From a virus (taxonomy: Duplodnaviria > Caudoviricetes), in the IMG/VR virus record IMGVR_UViG_3300032038_000012, positions 71,792 through 135,791 of that record: a DNA stretch of 64,000 nucleotides. One strand, given 5' to 3'. Positions 1-12,816 of the stretch are shown one piece after another; positions within the stretch are counted from its first letter, which is position 1; each line of letters starts with the position of its first letter. The notes beneath the pieces are model-generated. The model saw only the letters and a list, made by a program, of their open reading frames with translations. It was not told where the DNA came from and searched no databases. Position numbers and translations under genes: made by a program.

Positions 1-2
1 GA

Positions 3-1271
3 AGCGGCGATCCGGTTGGTTATATTGCGGCCAAAACACGAGATCATTGGTATATGGTATATGCAGCCGTTTATCACAAAAGTGGTGATGAATTGGGTTA
101 TTATATTTCTGAGCTCACTTATCATGGCAACAATCCAATCAATCCCATAGCTTACATATTGAAAAACTCTGTCCGAAAAGATCGACTTATAGAAGGGGCA
201 AATGTATCCATTGAAGACGATGAAAGCGGTTGGCTAAGAATTAGTGCAAACGAGAACGAAGCTTATGGTACGTGTTCATCAAGCGGAGATGCCAGCGTTA
301 AGGTGGTTAACATTGTTAGGGGAAGTTCTTTGGTCGAAAGCACTGTAGGAAATATATTAAGAGTGAGATTTGATAACGCTCTAACGTGTAATAATCCAAC
401 ATTAAGAGTAGGAAGTGGAACCTTTGATATATATGACCGAGATACTAACAACAAATTGCAGTCGGGCGCTTGGGGTGCAGGAGATATAGTAACTTTCTAT
501 TGGGACGGAAGTGCGGTTAGAGCTATTGCGGGATTGCGCGCAACCACCACTAATTACGGAGAGGCAAAACTTAGCAGCAGTGTTTCTTCAACAAGCACAA
601 CCGAAGCTGCAACCTCAAGCGCTGTTAGACAAGCTTATAATTTAGCAAATGGCAAGCAAGATGCATTAATAAGTGGAACCAACATAAAAACGATAAATAA
701 TGAATCTTTATTAGGTAGCGGAAATATAAATATATCTGGAGGCGGAGGAACTGCCACAGATGTTCAAATTAATGGTACATCAATAACTTCAAACAATGTT
801 GCAAATATAGTAACAGAAGGAACTTATAATGCTAATACAAATAAAATTGCAACAATGACTGATGTATCAAATGCTGTTGCTAGTAAGTTAGATGGTAATT
901 GAAATGCAGATGATAGCAATGGATCTATTGAATGACAAGAAGGAGAAAGTCCAACAGCTAGTAAATTAATCACTAAAGTTGCTTCTAATACAAATAATAA
1001 TTTTAGTCAAACAGAAATAACATCAGATAATATGCTTTTAACTTCTGGAGTTAATGGTGCTCAAATGAATACTTCTATTAATATGACTCCTTATGCTATT
1101 AATATTACTAATCAAACTACTGATGGAAGTATTACTATAGACGCAGACTTAATTACTTTAAATGGAGGAGCACAAATTGCAACTGTTCCAGATACAAATA
1201 ATAGTATTGTAAATAAAAAATATGTAGATGATATTGTTGGAGATATAGAAAGTTTATTAGGAGGAATATAG
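3..1271 (+). CDS. Tail fibre-like virion protein (5' truncated by window; TGA=Trp at 900 and 933)
   Basis: Frame open from base 3. Track ORFs 54..902 and 1032..1271 are in one frame, separated only by two TGAs. Contains ATTTNYGEAKLSSS..AATSSAVRQAYNLA tail-fibre repeat and GTNIKTINNESLLGSGNI module; ends TAG. Confidence 0.8.
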
Positions 1272-1272
1272 T

Positions 1273-2130
1273 ATGAGTATAGCTAGTGAAATTTCAAGAT
1301 TACAAACTGCAAAGACAGATATAAAAACAGCGATTGAAGCAAAAGGAGTTACAGTTCCTAGCTCTGCAAAAATAGATGTTTTTGATGATTATATTGCTCA
1401 AATTCCAACTGGAGGTTCTTATCAAAGCAAAACAGTTTCTCCAACAGAGTCTTCTCAAACCGTGTCTCCTGATAGCGGATATGATGCTTTATCGAGTGTT
1501 ACTGTTAATGCTATCAGTAATACATATGTAGGAAGTGGAATTGCTAGAAAAAGCAGTTCAGATTTAACTGCTTCAAGCGCAACTGTTACAGTACCTGCGG
1601 GTTATTATAGTTCGCAAGCTACAAAGTCTGTTTCAAGTGGTTCTGCAACAGCTCCTGCATCAATTAGTGGTTCAAGTGCTACTGTTAGTACAGGAACTAA
1701 TGCTTTAACTTTAACTAAAACCGTAAGTGTTACGCCTTCAGTTTCTGCTGGGTATGTAAGTGCGGGAACAGCTGGCAACAGTTCAGTAAGTTTAACAGCT
1801 TCTATTGCTACTAAGGCAGCAGCTACTATTACTCCTGGAACTACTAATCAAACAATAGCTTCAGGAACTTATTTAACAGGGACTCAAACAATAAGCGGCG
1901 ATGCCGATCTTGTAGCCGCAAATATTAAAAAAGGCGTTCAAATATTTAATGTAACTGGTTCATATACTTCAGATGCCACAGCCGCAGCAAGCGATATTGT
2001 TAGTGGAGAAACTGCTTATGTTGATGGAAATAAAATAACAGGAAGTTTAGTTATAAATAAATATTATACAGGATCAACAGCACCATCATCTTCTCTTGGT
2101 AGTGATGGTGATATATATTTCCAAAGTTAG
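1273..2130 (+). CDS. Ser/Thr-rich tail fibre-associated virion protein
   Basis: MSIASEISRLQTAK N-terminus, TPGTTNQTIASGTYLTG and NIKKGVQIF motifs, C-terminal GSDGDIYFQ; GGAGG RBS. Confidence 0.7.
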   Translation: MSIASEISRLQTAKTDIKTAIEAKGVTVPSSAKIDVFDDYIAQIPTGGSYQSKTVSPTESSQTVSPDSGYDALSSVTVNAISNTYVGSGIARKSSSDLTASSATVTVPAGYYSSQATKSVSSGSATAPASISGSSATVSTGTNALTLTKTVSVTPSVSAGYVSAGTAGNSSVSLTASIATKAAATITPGTTNQTIASGTYLTGTQTISGDADLVAANIKKGVQIFNVTGSYTSDATAAASDIVSGETAYVDGNKITGSLVINKYYTGSTAPSSSLGSDGDIYFQS

Positions 2131-2142
2131 GAGGACAATTAA

Positions 2143-3489
2143 ATGGCAACAATTAGATTAGTACCTAGTACATATGCAGTTTCAAGCACTTCTTATTTAT
2201 CAGTTGAAAATGCGGCAAATATGTATACTAACACAGATAGCACTACATATGCAACTATTACAAATAAATATGCATCTACTTCTAGTAGATATTTATATAT
2301 AAGAGGTTTTAATTTTAATGATGTTCCTAGCGATGCAATAATTAACTCTTTTACAGTAAAAATTAAAGGATATGAAAGTGGCTTAGCAACAAGCACTTCT
2401 TATGCTCCAAGACTTGCAAATAGGACATCAACTATTTCAAACACTGCAGCAGGAGAAAATTTTGGAACATCAACAAAAACTATAACAGTGCCTACAGGAG
2501 CATTAACTTGGCAACAAATTTCTTCTACTTACGGTAGTAATTTTACTATTGTAGTTTATGTTAGAAGAAGTAGTAGAAATACAACAGGATATTTTTATTG
2601 TTATGGAGCAGAAATTGAAGTTGATTATACAATTCCTACTTATCATACTGTTACATCATCTACTTCTGTTGGAACTATTTCTCCATCCGGAGCAACTTCT
2701 GTTTTAGAGGGCAATGATTATACATTAACAATTAATGCAAGTAATCCTGTAGCGACTGATAATAATGTTGATGTAACTTCTCAATTAGTCCGAATGACAG
2801 GAGGAACTGGTGAATATGTTCCATATAATTTTACTCGTACTGGATTTTCAGTTACAGACATTTCAAATGCTTATACAAATATAGAAAGTTCTACTCGTGC
2901 AACATTATCTCTTTCTGGAAATACAACAGGAACATTATATTTAGGATTAGGTCCAATTAATATTCCATCTAGCGCGACAATTACAGATATAAGTTGTCAA
3001 GCTAGTTTAGCTTTTAGTAGAAATGGTTCTTCTGCAAGTGTAACCGCATCATGTCAATTATATAGTGGTGACACTGCAAAAGGCTCATCTACTTCAGTAG
3101 TATCAAGTGCAACTGATTTAAGCCAAACTACATTCACACTTACTCCGGGGACATGGTCTGCAAGTGAATTAGCAAATGCACAATTTTATTTTACTGCACA
3201 TAATGGAGCATGAGGTACAACTAGATTTTTTTATGTATATGGAGTATCTTTTACTGTTACTTACACAGTAAATGATGAAATTTATATATATACAATTACT
3301 AATGTTGTTGGAGACCATACAATTATAATTTCTCAAGGAGTAACAACTAAAATATATGTAAAAGTAAATAATACATGAGTTCAATTTTCAAAAATATATA
3401 AAAAAATAAATGGTAGTTGGATTGAACAATCTCCTTCAGATTGGGGAACTATATTTGATACAACTGCTAATTATGTAAATAAGGATTAA
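2143..3489 (+). CDS. Beta-rich virion/tail protein, 448 aa (TGA=Trp at 3211, 3376)
   Basis: Reads through two TGAs to TAA at 3487. IYVKVNNT[TGA] parallels the adjacent repeat IYKKINGS[TGG]. Two internally repeated beta-sandwich units. Confidence 0.8.
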
Positions 3490-3503
3490 AAGGAGGAAAA
3501 AAA

Positions 3504-6500
3504 ATGGCAAATTATCCAGTAAAATTATTAAAGGATAAAGATGGGACAGCTTTTATTCCTGTCGTTAATTCAGATTCCATTATTACCCCAGAGGGCGATA
3601 CTCTTAATGATTTACTAGAAGAAAAACAAGATTTATTAACTTCTGGTACTAACATTAAAACAATTAATAATGAATCTTTATTAGGGTCAGGTAATATTTC
3701 AATACAAGGTGGTGGAGATGCAACTGATGTTCAAGTTAATGGAGTTAGTATTACACAAAATAATGTAGCAAACATAGCAACTCAAACAGCATATAATTCA
3801 TTAACAAATAAGATTGCTACAAAAAATGATATTCCTACACAAACTAGTCAATTAACAAACAATAGTGGATATATAACATCATCTGTTGATAATTTAACTA
3901 ATTATACAAAAACAAATGATTTATCAGAAGTAGCGACATCAGGTTCATATGAGGATTTGTCAGATAAACCAACCACTTTAAGCGGATACGGTATTACAGA
4001 TGCAGGAATTTCAAACGGGACAATTACTTTAGGTAGTAATACTATTACACCTTCTACAGTTCAAAATATAAAAGATGGTTCTAGTACAGGTAGTTTAAGA
4101 AGTTCGGGGTCTAGGACTGAAAATGCAAATTATACCATTGGAAGTTATGCTTTTGCAGAAGGTTACAATACAAAAGCATCTGGTGGTAATTCTCATGCGG
4201 AAGGAAATTATACCGAAGCCTCTGGTAATAGTTCTCATACAGAAGGAAGTAATACAAAAGCTATTGGAACGATTTCTCATGCAGAAGGAAATTATACAGA
4301 AGCCTCTGGAAATCAATCTCATGCGGAAGGCTATTATACAATAGCTTCTGGGTCTGATTCACACGCAGAAGGAATTCGTACAGTAGCGAATGGAAACAAT
4401 GGAAGTCATAGCGAAGGATATTATGCAGAAGCTAATGGAAATTATGGGTCTCATGCTGAAGGACGTGATACAAGAGCTATTGGTGATAGTTCACATGCTG
4501 AAGGTAAGGGTGCAGTTGCATCTCAATCTTATTCGCATGCTGAAGGATGAGATACAATAGCAAGTGGAAGGTATTCACATGCGGAGGGTGGTCGCAGAGA
4601 CGGTTATCTTTTTGTAGGAACTGTTGTTTCTGTGGATGCAGAAAATCAAACTTATGAAGTTAGTGGAGTTCCAAAAGAAGCAATAAGTGATAATTTATTT
4701 TATAGTGGAGCTTTTTTCTCAGAAACTAATAATACTGATTCAGACCAAAGGATAGTTTCAGCCACTCGTTCATCTGACACAAATAATGTTACTTTTACAG
4801 TTTCAAGTTTTGACTCTTCTATAGCAGTAGGAGATAGTTTTAGAGTTTTTGCAGGATCAAAAGCAAGTGGAAATTATTCTCATGCTGAAGGAAATAGAGC
4901 TTATGCTATTGGTAATTATTCTCATGCAGAAGGAAATGATACAATTGCAATTGGAACAACTTCTCATGCAGAAGGATTTAATACATTAGCAAGTGGGTAT
5001 TGTTCTCATGCAGGAGGGAATAATACAAAAGCAAATAAAGATTATCAAACTGCAATTGGAAAATACAATAAAAATGTAAATAATGCTTTGCTTGAAGTTG
5101 GAAATGGGACTGCAGATGACTCTCGTTCAAACGCTTTTGTTGTTTATTCAGATGGAAAAGCTGAATTGGGTGCAGATCCAACTTCATCTATGCATGTTGC
5201 AACAAAACAATATGTAGATAATAAAACTAGTAGTCTTGCTTTATCTAATATAAAAGATGGTTCTGCTACAGGTAGTGTTAGAACATCTGAAGCTTCAAGT
5301 GAAGGTTCCTCTTATACTATGGGAAGAGATGCTTTTGCAGAAGGAAATAATACAAAAGCATCTGGTAATAGTTCTCATGCGGAAGGTTCTAATGCAACAG
5401 CAAGTGGGGATTATTCACATACAGAAGGAAACTGGACAACAGCTTCGGGAGGCTCTTCCCATGCAGAGGGGTATAATACAATAGCGAGTGGGAACTATTC
5501 TCATGCTGAAGGATATTATACTCAGGCAAGTGGAAATTATGGAGCTCATGCCGAAGGATCTTCAACAAGAGCTATTGGTAATAGTTCACGTGCTGAAGGA
5601 GAATACACAACAGCTTCTGGGACTTGATCACATGCAGAGGGGTATTGAGCTAGGACAGGTGGAAAAGGATCTCATGCTGAAGGAGGATGGGATTCAAGTA
5701 TACCTTATAATATTGTTGGTACAGTTGTTTCTATAGATACAGAAAATAAAACCTATGAAGTTAGTGGTTTAACTAGGTATGTTACTAATGATAAAAATTA
5801 TGTAGGAGCAATGTATCATAATAGTTCAAATGGTTGTGCTAATAGTTATTATATTACTTCAGAAACTTATAATACAGCTACTAAAAATTTTACTTTTGAA
5901 GTATCATATATAGATTCTTCTATAGTAGTTGGAGGTTCTTTTTATATAAAGATATCTTCCACTGCGCTTGGAGACTTTTCTCACTCAGAGGGAAGAAACA
6001 CTTTTGCACCAGGAACAGGTTCACATGCTGAAGGATGAAATACAATAGCAAGGTATAGTGGTTCACATGCGGAAGGAGATAGTACTTATGCAGGACCTTT
6101 TTCACATGCAGAGGGGTCTTGGACAACCGCAGAAAGCAATGGTTCTCATACCGAAGGATACGATACTTTTACTAAAGGATACGGCGCTCATGCAGAAGGT
6201 TTTGCTGCTAGAGCAATAGGAGATTATTCTCATGCTGAAGGTGGCGGAGATATTGTTACTGGAACTGTAGTTTCTTTAAATTCTACTGATAAAACTTATG
6301 AAATTAGTGGATTAACTAGATATAGTGATAGTAATAATAATTATATAGGTTGTGTTTTTTCTTATCAGGCATCATATGGTTATGGGAATCAGAACAAAAT
6401 AGTTTCGGAAACTTATGATTCTACAACTGGTAATTTTACTTTTACAGTTACAAAATTTGATGAAACTCATTTTAATGTTGGAGATAGTTTTTATATTATA

Positions 6501-6791
6501 ATGGGTTGTACCGCTTGAGGAGACGGTTCTCATGCTAGCGGGTTAGCAACAATAGCGAAAAAGAATTTTCAAACTGTAATTGGAAAACACAATGATAATA
6601 AAAGTGACACTTTATTTGAAATTGGAAATGGAAGTCGTTTTGGTGGTCGTTCTAATGCATTTGAGGTTTATTCAGACGGAAGAGCTATCGTTGGGGCAGA
6701 TCCAACTACTGCAATGGGGGTTGCAACTAAACAATATGTTGATGATGCAATAGCTAGTGCTATTACTACAACTTTGAACGGAGGTTATTAA
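3504..6791 (+). CDS. YadA-head-like (SHAEG repeat) tail fibre/adhesin, 1095 aa (TGA=Trp at 4548, 5625, 5646, 6036, 6516)
   Basis: Track ORFs 3504, 4632 and 5811 share one frame. The 14-aa SHAEGxxTxASGxx repeat register runs unbroken across each TGA. Two RSNAFxVYSDG neck motifs; ends TAA 1 nt before the next ATG. Confidence 0.88.
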
Positions 6792-6792
6792 T

Positions 6793-7947
6793 ATGGCAAG
6801 AACAGATACACTTCCTAACTTCTTAACAGATGTAGCTGACGCTATAAGAGAAAAAAAAGGAACAGAAGAAACAATACAAGCAAGTAATTTTGACACAGAA
6901 ATAATTAATTTACCTAGTGGTGGAGCAACACCAAGGGTAGGTTTTACAGTAGATGAGTATGATGAAAATGGCTATGCTACTAGGGTTACACTTCTTGGTA
7001 TGACTAGTGTACCTGCTGGTGCTTTTGCTTCTCAAACTTCTTCTACACCTTCGTTATTAGGAAGAAAGTTACAAAGTATAACTTTACCTAGTGGAATAAC
7101 AAGTATAGAAATGTATGCTTTTCAAAATTGTAATAGTTTAGCTTTAACTAGTTTACCTAGTGGAGTAACAAGTATAGGAAACTATGCTTTTAGTGGGTGT
7201 ACTAATTTAGCTTTAACTAGTTTACCTAGTGGAATGACAAGAATAGATAGCTATGCTTTTTATAATTGCACTAATTTAGCTTTAACTAGTTTACCTAGTG
7301 AAGTAACAAGTATAGGAATGTATGCTTTTAGTGGGTGTACTAATTTAGCTTTAACTAGTTTACCTAGTGGAATAACAAGAATAGACACATATACTTTTCG
7401 AAATTGTACTAATTTAGCTTTAACAAGTTTACCTAGTGGGATAACATATTTAAACAATGGTGCTTTTCAAAATTGTACTAATTTAGCTTTAACTAGTTTG
7501 CCTAGTTCGGTAGGCACTATATCAGCCTCAGCTTTTGAAAATTGTACTAATTTAGCTTTAACTATAATACCTAGTGATTCAAAGGATTTGTATGGAAGTA
7601 GTTTCAAAGGTTGCACAAATTTAAAAAAACTTAGGATCACAAGGGCATCAACAATTACAGGTACTAGCACTTCTAACGGTGCATTTAATGGTTGTACAGG
7701 CTTAAAACAAGTATGGATAGGGACATATTCAACTTCATCTAGTTCTATAACTATAGGTAGATATGCTTTTTATGGTTGTAGTGCTTTAGAAAAAATTTAT
7801 ATAAATCGACCGAGAGCAACTGTAGAAGCTATAGCTAATTACCAATATGCTTTTATGAATGATGAAAGTAAAACAGGAATTATTGTATGTAATGATGATG
7901 AAGGGTTTATTACTCAAGAAGAATTTGATGCATTAGTAATTTCGTAA
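6793..7947 (+). CDS. BspA-like leucine-rich repeat (LRR_5) virion protein
   Basis: About 7 near-identical 23-aa repeats LTSLPSGxTxIxxYAFxxCTNLA; N-terminal LTDVADAIREKKGT..IQASNFDTEI virion-attachment motif. Confidence 0.85.
   Translation: MARTDTLPNFLTDVADAIREKKGTEETIQASNFDTEIINLPSGGATPRVGFTVDEYDENGYATRVTLLGMTSVPAGAFASQTSSTPSLLGRKLQSITLPSGITSIEMYAFQNCNSLALTSLPSGVTSIGNYAFSGCTNLALTSLPSGMTRIDSYAFYNCTNLALTSLPSEVTSIGMYAFSGCTNLALTSLPSGITRIDTYTFRNCTNLALTSLPSGITYLNNGAFQNCTNLALTSLPSSVGTISASAFENCTNLALTIIPSDSKDLYGSSFKGCTNLKKLRITRASTITGTSTSNGAFNGCTGLKQVWIGTYSTSSSSITIGRYAFYGCSALEKIYINRPRATVEAIANYQYAFMNDESKTGIIVCNDDEGFITQEEFDALVIS
7080..7560 (+). repeat. 69-bp coding tandem repeat (LRR units)
   Basis: TGTACTAATTTAGCTTTAACTAGTTTACCTAGTGG recurs every 69 nt, in frame. 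Confidence 0.9.
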
Positions 7948-8053
7948 AGGAGGTTAGTATGAAATATTATAAAGTAATGGCATAATTTTACTTTACAATA
8001 TTTTGTAGACTAATAAAAAGAAGAGAGAGATTCCTTCTTCTTCTTTTTATTTA

Positions 8054-8093
8054 GGTCTAAATAGTATAATAAAATAAAACTCTTTTTGATATA
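8054..8093 (+). promoter_or_regulatory. Putative late promoter (GGTCTAA-N21-CTTTTTGATATA)
   Basis: Same bipartite motif at 15525, 16584 and 30704(-); follows a hairpin plus T-tract. Confidence 0.55.
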
Positions 8094-8131
8094 ATTTTAG
8101 TAAGAGAGAAATGGAGATAGGAGGATTTAAA

Positions 8132-8482
8132 ATGTTTAGAGTAAGAAACAAAAATATTTACTTAAACAGAGGAGACGCCATTACTTTACAATTAGTAAAT
8201 AATGAAGGCAAATTCGAAGCTGGAGACACAATTAAATTTTATGTTTGTGCAAATGGCGACTATACAAATATTCTTTTTGAAAAAGAATTTACTGTAGAAG
8301 AAACAAGTAATTTTGCGGAAATAAAATTAACTTCTGCAGAGACTCGTATTGGAGATGCATTCAAAGATGGTTCAGTTACATATTGGTATGAAATTGAGTT
8401 AAATGGAGATACAACTCTAATTGGATATGATGATGAAGGAGCTAAAAAATTCGTTTTATATCCAGAGGCTACTACAGAGTAA
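8132..8482 (+). CDS. Small baseplate/BppU-like beta protein, paralog of 16100..16453
   Basis: NRGD..YWYEIELN..TLIGYD..G.K...L.PEA shared with the 16100 ORF; AGGAGG RBS before 8132. Confidence 0.65.
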   Translation: MFRVRNKNIYLNRGDAITLQLVNNEGKFEAGDTIKFYVCANGDYTNILFEKEFTVEETSNFAEIKLTSAETRIGDAFKDGSVTYWYEIELNGDTTLIGYDDEGAKKFVLYPEATTE

Positions 8483-8504
8483 GAAATAAAAGGAGGAAAT
8501 AAAT

Positions 8505-9188
8505 ATGGCTAAAAATACAATGGGATTTAGAGATGCTTACACTCAAACATTAGATATAGATATTTATCCTAAAGGTAATGATGGAGCCGATGGTATATCG
8601 ATAATAGATGTTGCAGTTGATAATAGAAGACATTTAATTTGCACTTTATCTAATGCTGAAGTTATTGATGCTGGAGAGGTCCCTGCACCAGAAGGAACTT
8701 TTGATGTTGAAATTATAAATTCATTACCTGCATCTGGTTCAATATCTACAATGTATTGCGTTCCACTTCCAAGTGAGCAACAAACAACAATTAAAAAATA
8801 TGAAGAATATTTTTATATTAGTAATGCTTGGGAAAAAGTAGGAACAGCTACAATAGATTTAAGCGGTTACTACACTAAAACTGAAGCTGATGCTATTACA
8901 GATGCATTAGATGATAAAATCGATCAAGAAATTGAAGATAGAGAAGCAGCTATTGCCGCGCACACTAATAGTGAAACTATTACTACTGATTTATCTGCAA
9001 AAGAATCTACTTATTATTTATTAGGAACAGAAGATGGTATTGGTAAGGGGACTGGAATTTCACAAGCTAAAACTACTGTTGAAGGTAGTGGTGTAAAATA
9101 TGAAAGTGGTAGTGAACAAGAAAATGGAAAATTATATATAGATGAAGAAAGGGTTACAACTGGATTGTACTTCACAATTTCAGAGTAG
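8505..9188 (+). CDS. Virion structural protein
   Basis: KGNDGADGISIIDV..HLICTLSN and WEKVGTATIDLSGYYTKTE motifs typical of tail fibre connectors. Confidence 0.65.
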   Translation: MAKNTMGFRDAYTQTLDIDIYPKGNDGADGISIIDVAVDNRRHLICTLSNAEVIDAGEVPAPEGTFDVEIINSLPASGSISTMYCVPLPSEQQTTIKKYEEYFYISNAWEKVGTATIDLSGYYTKTEADAITDALDDKIDQEIEDREAAIAAHTNSETITTDLSAKESTYYLLGTEDGIGKGTGISQAKTTVEGSGVKYESGSEQENGKLYIDEERVTTGLYFTISE

Positions 9189-9205
9189 AGGAGGATTAGA
9201 TAATT

Positions 9206-11458
9206 ATGTCAAAAACAATTAAATTTTATGAAGACGAATTAAAAACTAAACAAGTTTATCCTGAGATTGATCCTGAAGGAAAATATCCTGGGGTAACAGT
9301 TGGTTTAGCAGAGAACTTAACTTCTATAGATGGAGTTACTGATGGTTCATCATTCCAATATAGATCTGCTGCAAGTCATACAAGTGTGGCAACTGATGGA
9401 TATGCAGTATTAAAGAAATTACATGGAGCTAAATCAACAACTACAACAATTCCAGAAAGTATTAAATATAATTTATTAACTACTGGAGTAAAAAGTATTA
9501 CATTAACTTTAGCAACTTTTAAAACTCAAAAAAGTGAAACTGGAGTTTATAATTTTATTTATACTCCAACAATTACATATACATCAAATTTAATAAGTTC
9601 AATTAATAAAGCTACATTTGCTAGAAAAATGAATGCTGCAACAGGAACTTTTGTATTTGAGTTTGATGCAGCTATTGATTATAATGATCCATCAACAATA
9701 GTATCAAATTTTAATAAAAATACTTTTGCAAATAAAGTTTTAGGAACTGCAAATACATATGAATTTACATATGCAACAGATAATTGGTATTTAGGGACAG
9801 AACAAGTTTCTTTATCTCAATATGGATTTACTTTAAATTCAACAACACTTACAGAAGGAATGAAAATTACAGTTTATTATACTGCTAATAATTGAAAATA
9901 TGGTCAAGATGTAGTTGCATTATACCAATATGGAATTATTACAACAGGAAAAGAAAAACCTGGAAATACTATTACAATTAATTATACTGCAAATAATTGG
10001 ATGTTAGAAGATGATATTGTTACATTATCAAGTTATGGTATTTCTATTACAAATGGAGCTGCCGCAATTAATGATAACATTCAAGTTATATATCAAGCTG
10101 AAGAGGTTGGAGTAGTTCAAATAGCAAATCCAACACATTTATTATCAATAGGAATGAATCAATTCAATAAAAGAGGTAGTCAAATTTTATCTAATAGTGG
10201 GATTGATGGTAATGGAGCTATAGGAACTGTTAATGACCATTATGTTATTTGGTTTAAGTGTTTAGGTGGACAAACTTATACTATTTATGATAAAAACGAA
10301 GGTAGTATAGTTCAAGCTGCATATAGTACTGAACCTATTGCAAGTTATTCAACAGGATTAACGATTTTAACACCTGTAACAACTTCATCAGAAGGAAATG
10401 AAGTAACAACTACAACAACAAAAACTTATTATCAAACAACTAATAATGGTTATATGGCTATTGAAACTACTGATATTGAAGATTTATGTTGTCATTTAAC
10501 CTGGTCTGGGACAGAAGATAATACTTATTCAGATTATTGAGAATTTAAATTAGAAATTCCATATGAAGATAAAAATGGAAATAAGATTTCTACATATGGA
10601 TTACCTCAATTAAATGATAATGTATTTGATGAAATTGATTTAGAAAATAATAAATATTATGTTAGAGTAGGAAGAGTTGAATATACTCCTACAAATTTAT
10701 CTAATATTAGTGCTCAAACTTCTAATTATATATATGATAGTAATTGAATTTATTATAAGGCATCAAAAGAAAGAGTTTATGACTTAAAAGAAAGAGAAGA
10801 TATATATCCTTGTGCGGACTTTGGTACAGAAGAATTTTTAAATAGTGTTTTAGAATTATCCCCTACAATAATTTATCAAAACAATTTAAAAGATAAATTA
10901 AGAAGAGATGTTGAAGTTTTAGCTAATAAAACAAATGACTTATCAGATGTTTATGATTGAAATGCAACAACTATGTATCCAAGTGCAAAAGCTGTAAAAA
11001 CAATAACTAATAATATTTATGCAATGTTAGGTTTAGCTGTAAACACTTATGATAATAGTACTGTTTACTCTGCTGGGGACTATGTTGTATATGATAATAT
11101 ATTATATAAATGCGTAACAAGCTCTAGTTCTGCAGGAGGCTTGACTAGAAAACCATCTGCAGTTATTTGGGATAGTTCTAATGAAGTATTCTCAATTACA
11201 GATGAAACTACTTTACTTAATAGCGATCCTATTCAAGAACATGGTATAGGTGAGTATCAAATAAAATTACAAGCAGATTATCATGATCCAAATCATTCAC
11301 ATTATTTACAAACACTAATATGTCCTGATGGGTATGTTTATGGACCGGAAGAAGGGCTTTTCTTGAATATGGGTATTCAAACCTTAACTAATACTGGTGA
11401 AGGAAGTTTTCAAATTACAGATGGACAATGGACTAGATCTTATTTATTTAAAGCTTAA
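9206..11458 (+). CDS. Tail/baseplate protein, 750 aa (TGA=Trp at 9893, 10538, 10745, 10958), C-terminal CBM-like YSAGDYVVYDNILYKC module
   Basis: Three track ORFs in one frame joined only by TGAs; internal repeats YATDN[TGG], YTANN[TGA], YTANN[TGG]. Confidence 0.85.
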
Positions 11459-11525
11459 TTTATAGGGAGAGGGAGATAGTTCCTTCTCCTTTCTTTTAGT
11501 ATATAGAGATAAAAGGAGGATATAT

Positions 11526-12359
11526 ATGATTTTAAATATAAAACGATTTGCGCCAGAGTTAGATGAATATAATCCTGAATATAGTTATACCTATACTAAA
11601 AAAGGATATGTTGCAACAGTAGAGGTTTCTATTGAATGTGATTATGATATTTCAAGTATAGAATTAAGTCGAGGAGAAACTTTATTAGGAGATTTAGTTG
11701 ATGTAACTTCTGATTGAACTCTTTATAATGATGGGAGTTCCATTAAAAGAACTTTTACTGAACCTTGTCATGATACTTTTGTTATAAATTTTGAAAACGC
11801 TACTGTAACTGGATATGTTATAGTAAATACATCTGATGACTTTACCCCAGAAAGTGAACAATATCCAGTAGAAATTAATGGAGATATTCGAATTAGTAAT
11901 AGTGAAATTAAATTAAAAAAAGTTGCTGAAACGATTAAAGATTTAACGAATATTATTTATCCTGTTGGAAGTATATATAGAAGTACAAATGCGATAAATC
12001 CACAGAATATTTTTGGCGGAACGTGAACACAAATTACAGATGATACAATTGTTGCTTATGCAGAAATGTCTGGAACAACTTTAAATCAATCAAAAAATAT
12101 TTCTTCCATTACTGGATCTAGTACTTTTATAGTAACTTTTTCTAAAACTATGGCAAATACAAAATACAAGGTTTTTGTATCTGGAGAATGTAGTGGATTA
12201 GGAGCTGAAATTATAGGAGTTTATGGAAAAACAACAACAGGTTTTAAATTTGATTTTTGTAATTATAGTGGGACAGCAACAACTCCTACAAGTCAAAATA
12301 TTTTAGTAATAGGGCAACTTGCTAATCCTGAATATTACGAATGAAAAAGGACAGCATAG
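11526..12359 (+). CDS. Tail-tip protein with IYPVGSIY...WKR domain and LNIKRFA leader, 277 aa (TGA=Trp at 11715, 12024, 12342)
   Basis: FGGT[TGA]TQI matches FNGT[TGG]EQI in the 12817 paralog; YE[TGA]KRTA matches the WKR C-terminal motif. Confidence 0.85.
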
Positions 12360-12370
12360 GGGGTAAAAAT

Positions 12371-12814
12371 ATGATTATTAATACAGATTTAATTTATCCG
12401 ATAGGAGCAATTTATTTGTCAGTGTCACCTATAAATCCTAAAACTCTTTTTGGTGGAGATTGAGAAGCTATTTCTCAAGGAAGATTTTTACTTGGAGCTG
12501 GTTCTCCTGAAGCGAATACCGCAAATGATTTTGGAGATTTACAAAATTCAGGATATATTTTTCATGTTAATGATAGAGGCGGAGCTTATAAACATACTTT
12601 ATTAACAACTGAAATTCCTGCTCATAAACATCAAATAAAAACAAATAATGATGACTGGAATAATACTCAAAGTGGTGGTAACTATGGTACTACTAAGGAC
12701 GGAACTACCGCTTGGTATAATAATAACTGGTATACAGAGAATACTGGTGGAGGTCAAGCACATAACAATATGCCGCCTTATACAGTAGTTTATATGTGAA
12801 AGAGGGTGGCTTAA
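12371..12814 (+). CDS. Short tail-tip/baseplate Gp10-C-like protein, 147 aa (TGA=Trp at 12461, 12797); missing from ORF track
   Basis: MIINTDLIYPIGAIY..FGGD[TGA]EAISQGRFLLGAG..IPAHKH..HNNMPPYTVVYM[TGA]KRVA. Confidence 0.88.
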
Positions 12815-12816
12815 TA

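Noticed and set aside
7080-7560. 69-bp periodic repeats as a CRISPR array
   Set aside because: In-frame LRR coding repeats with related 'spacers'; no cas genes
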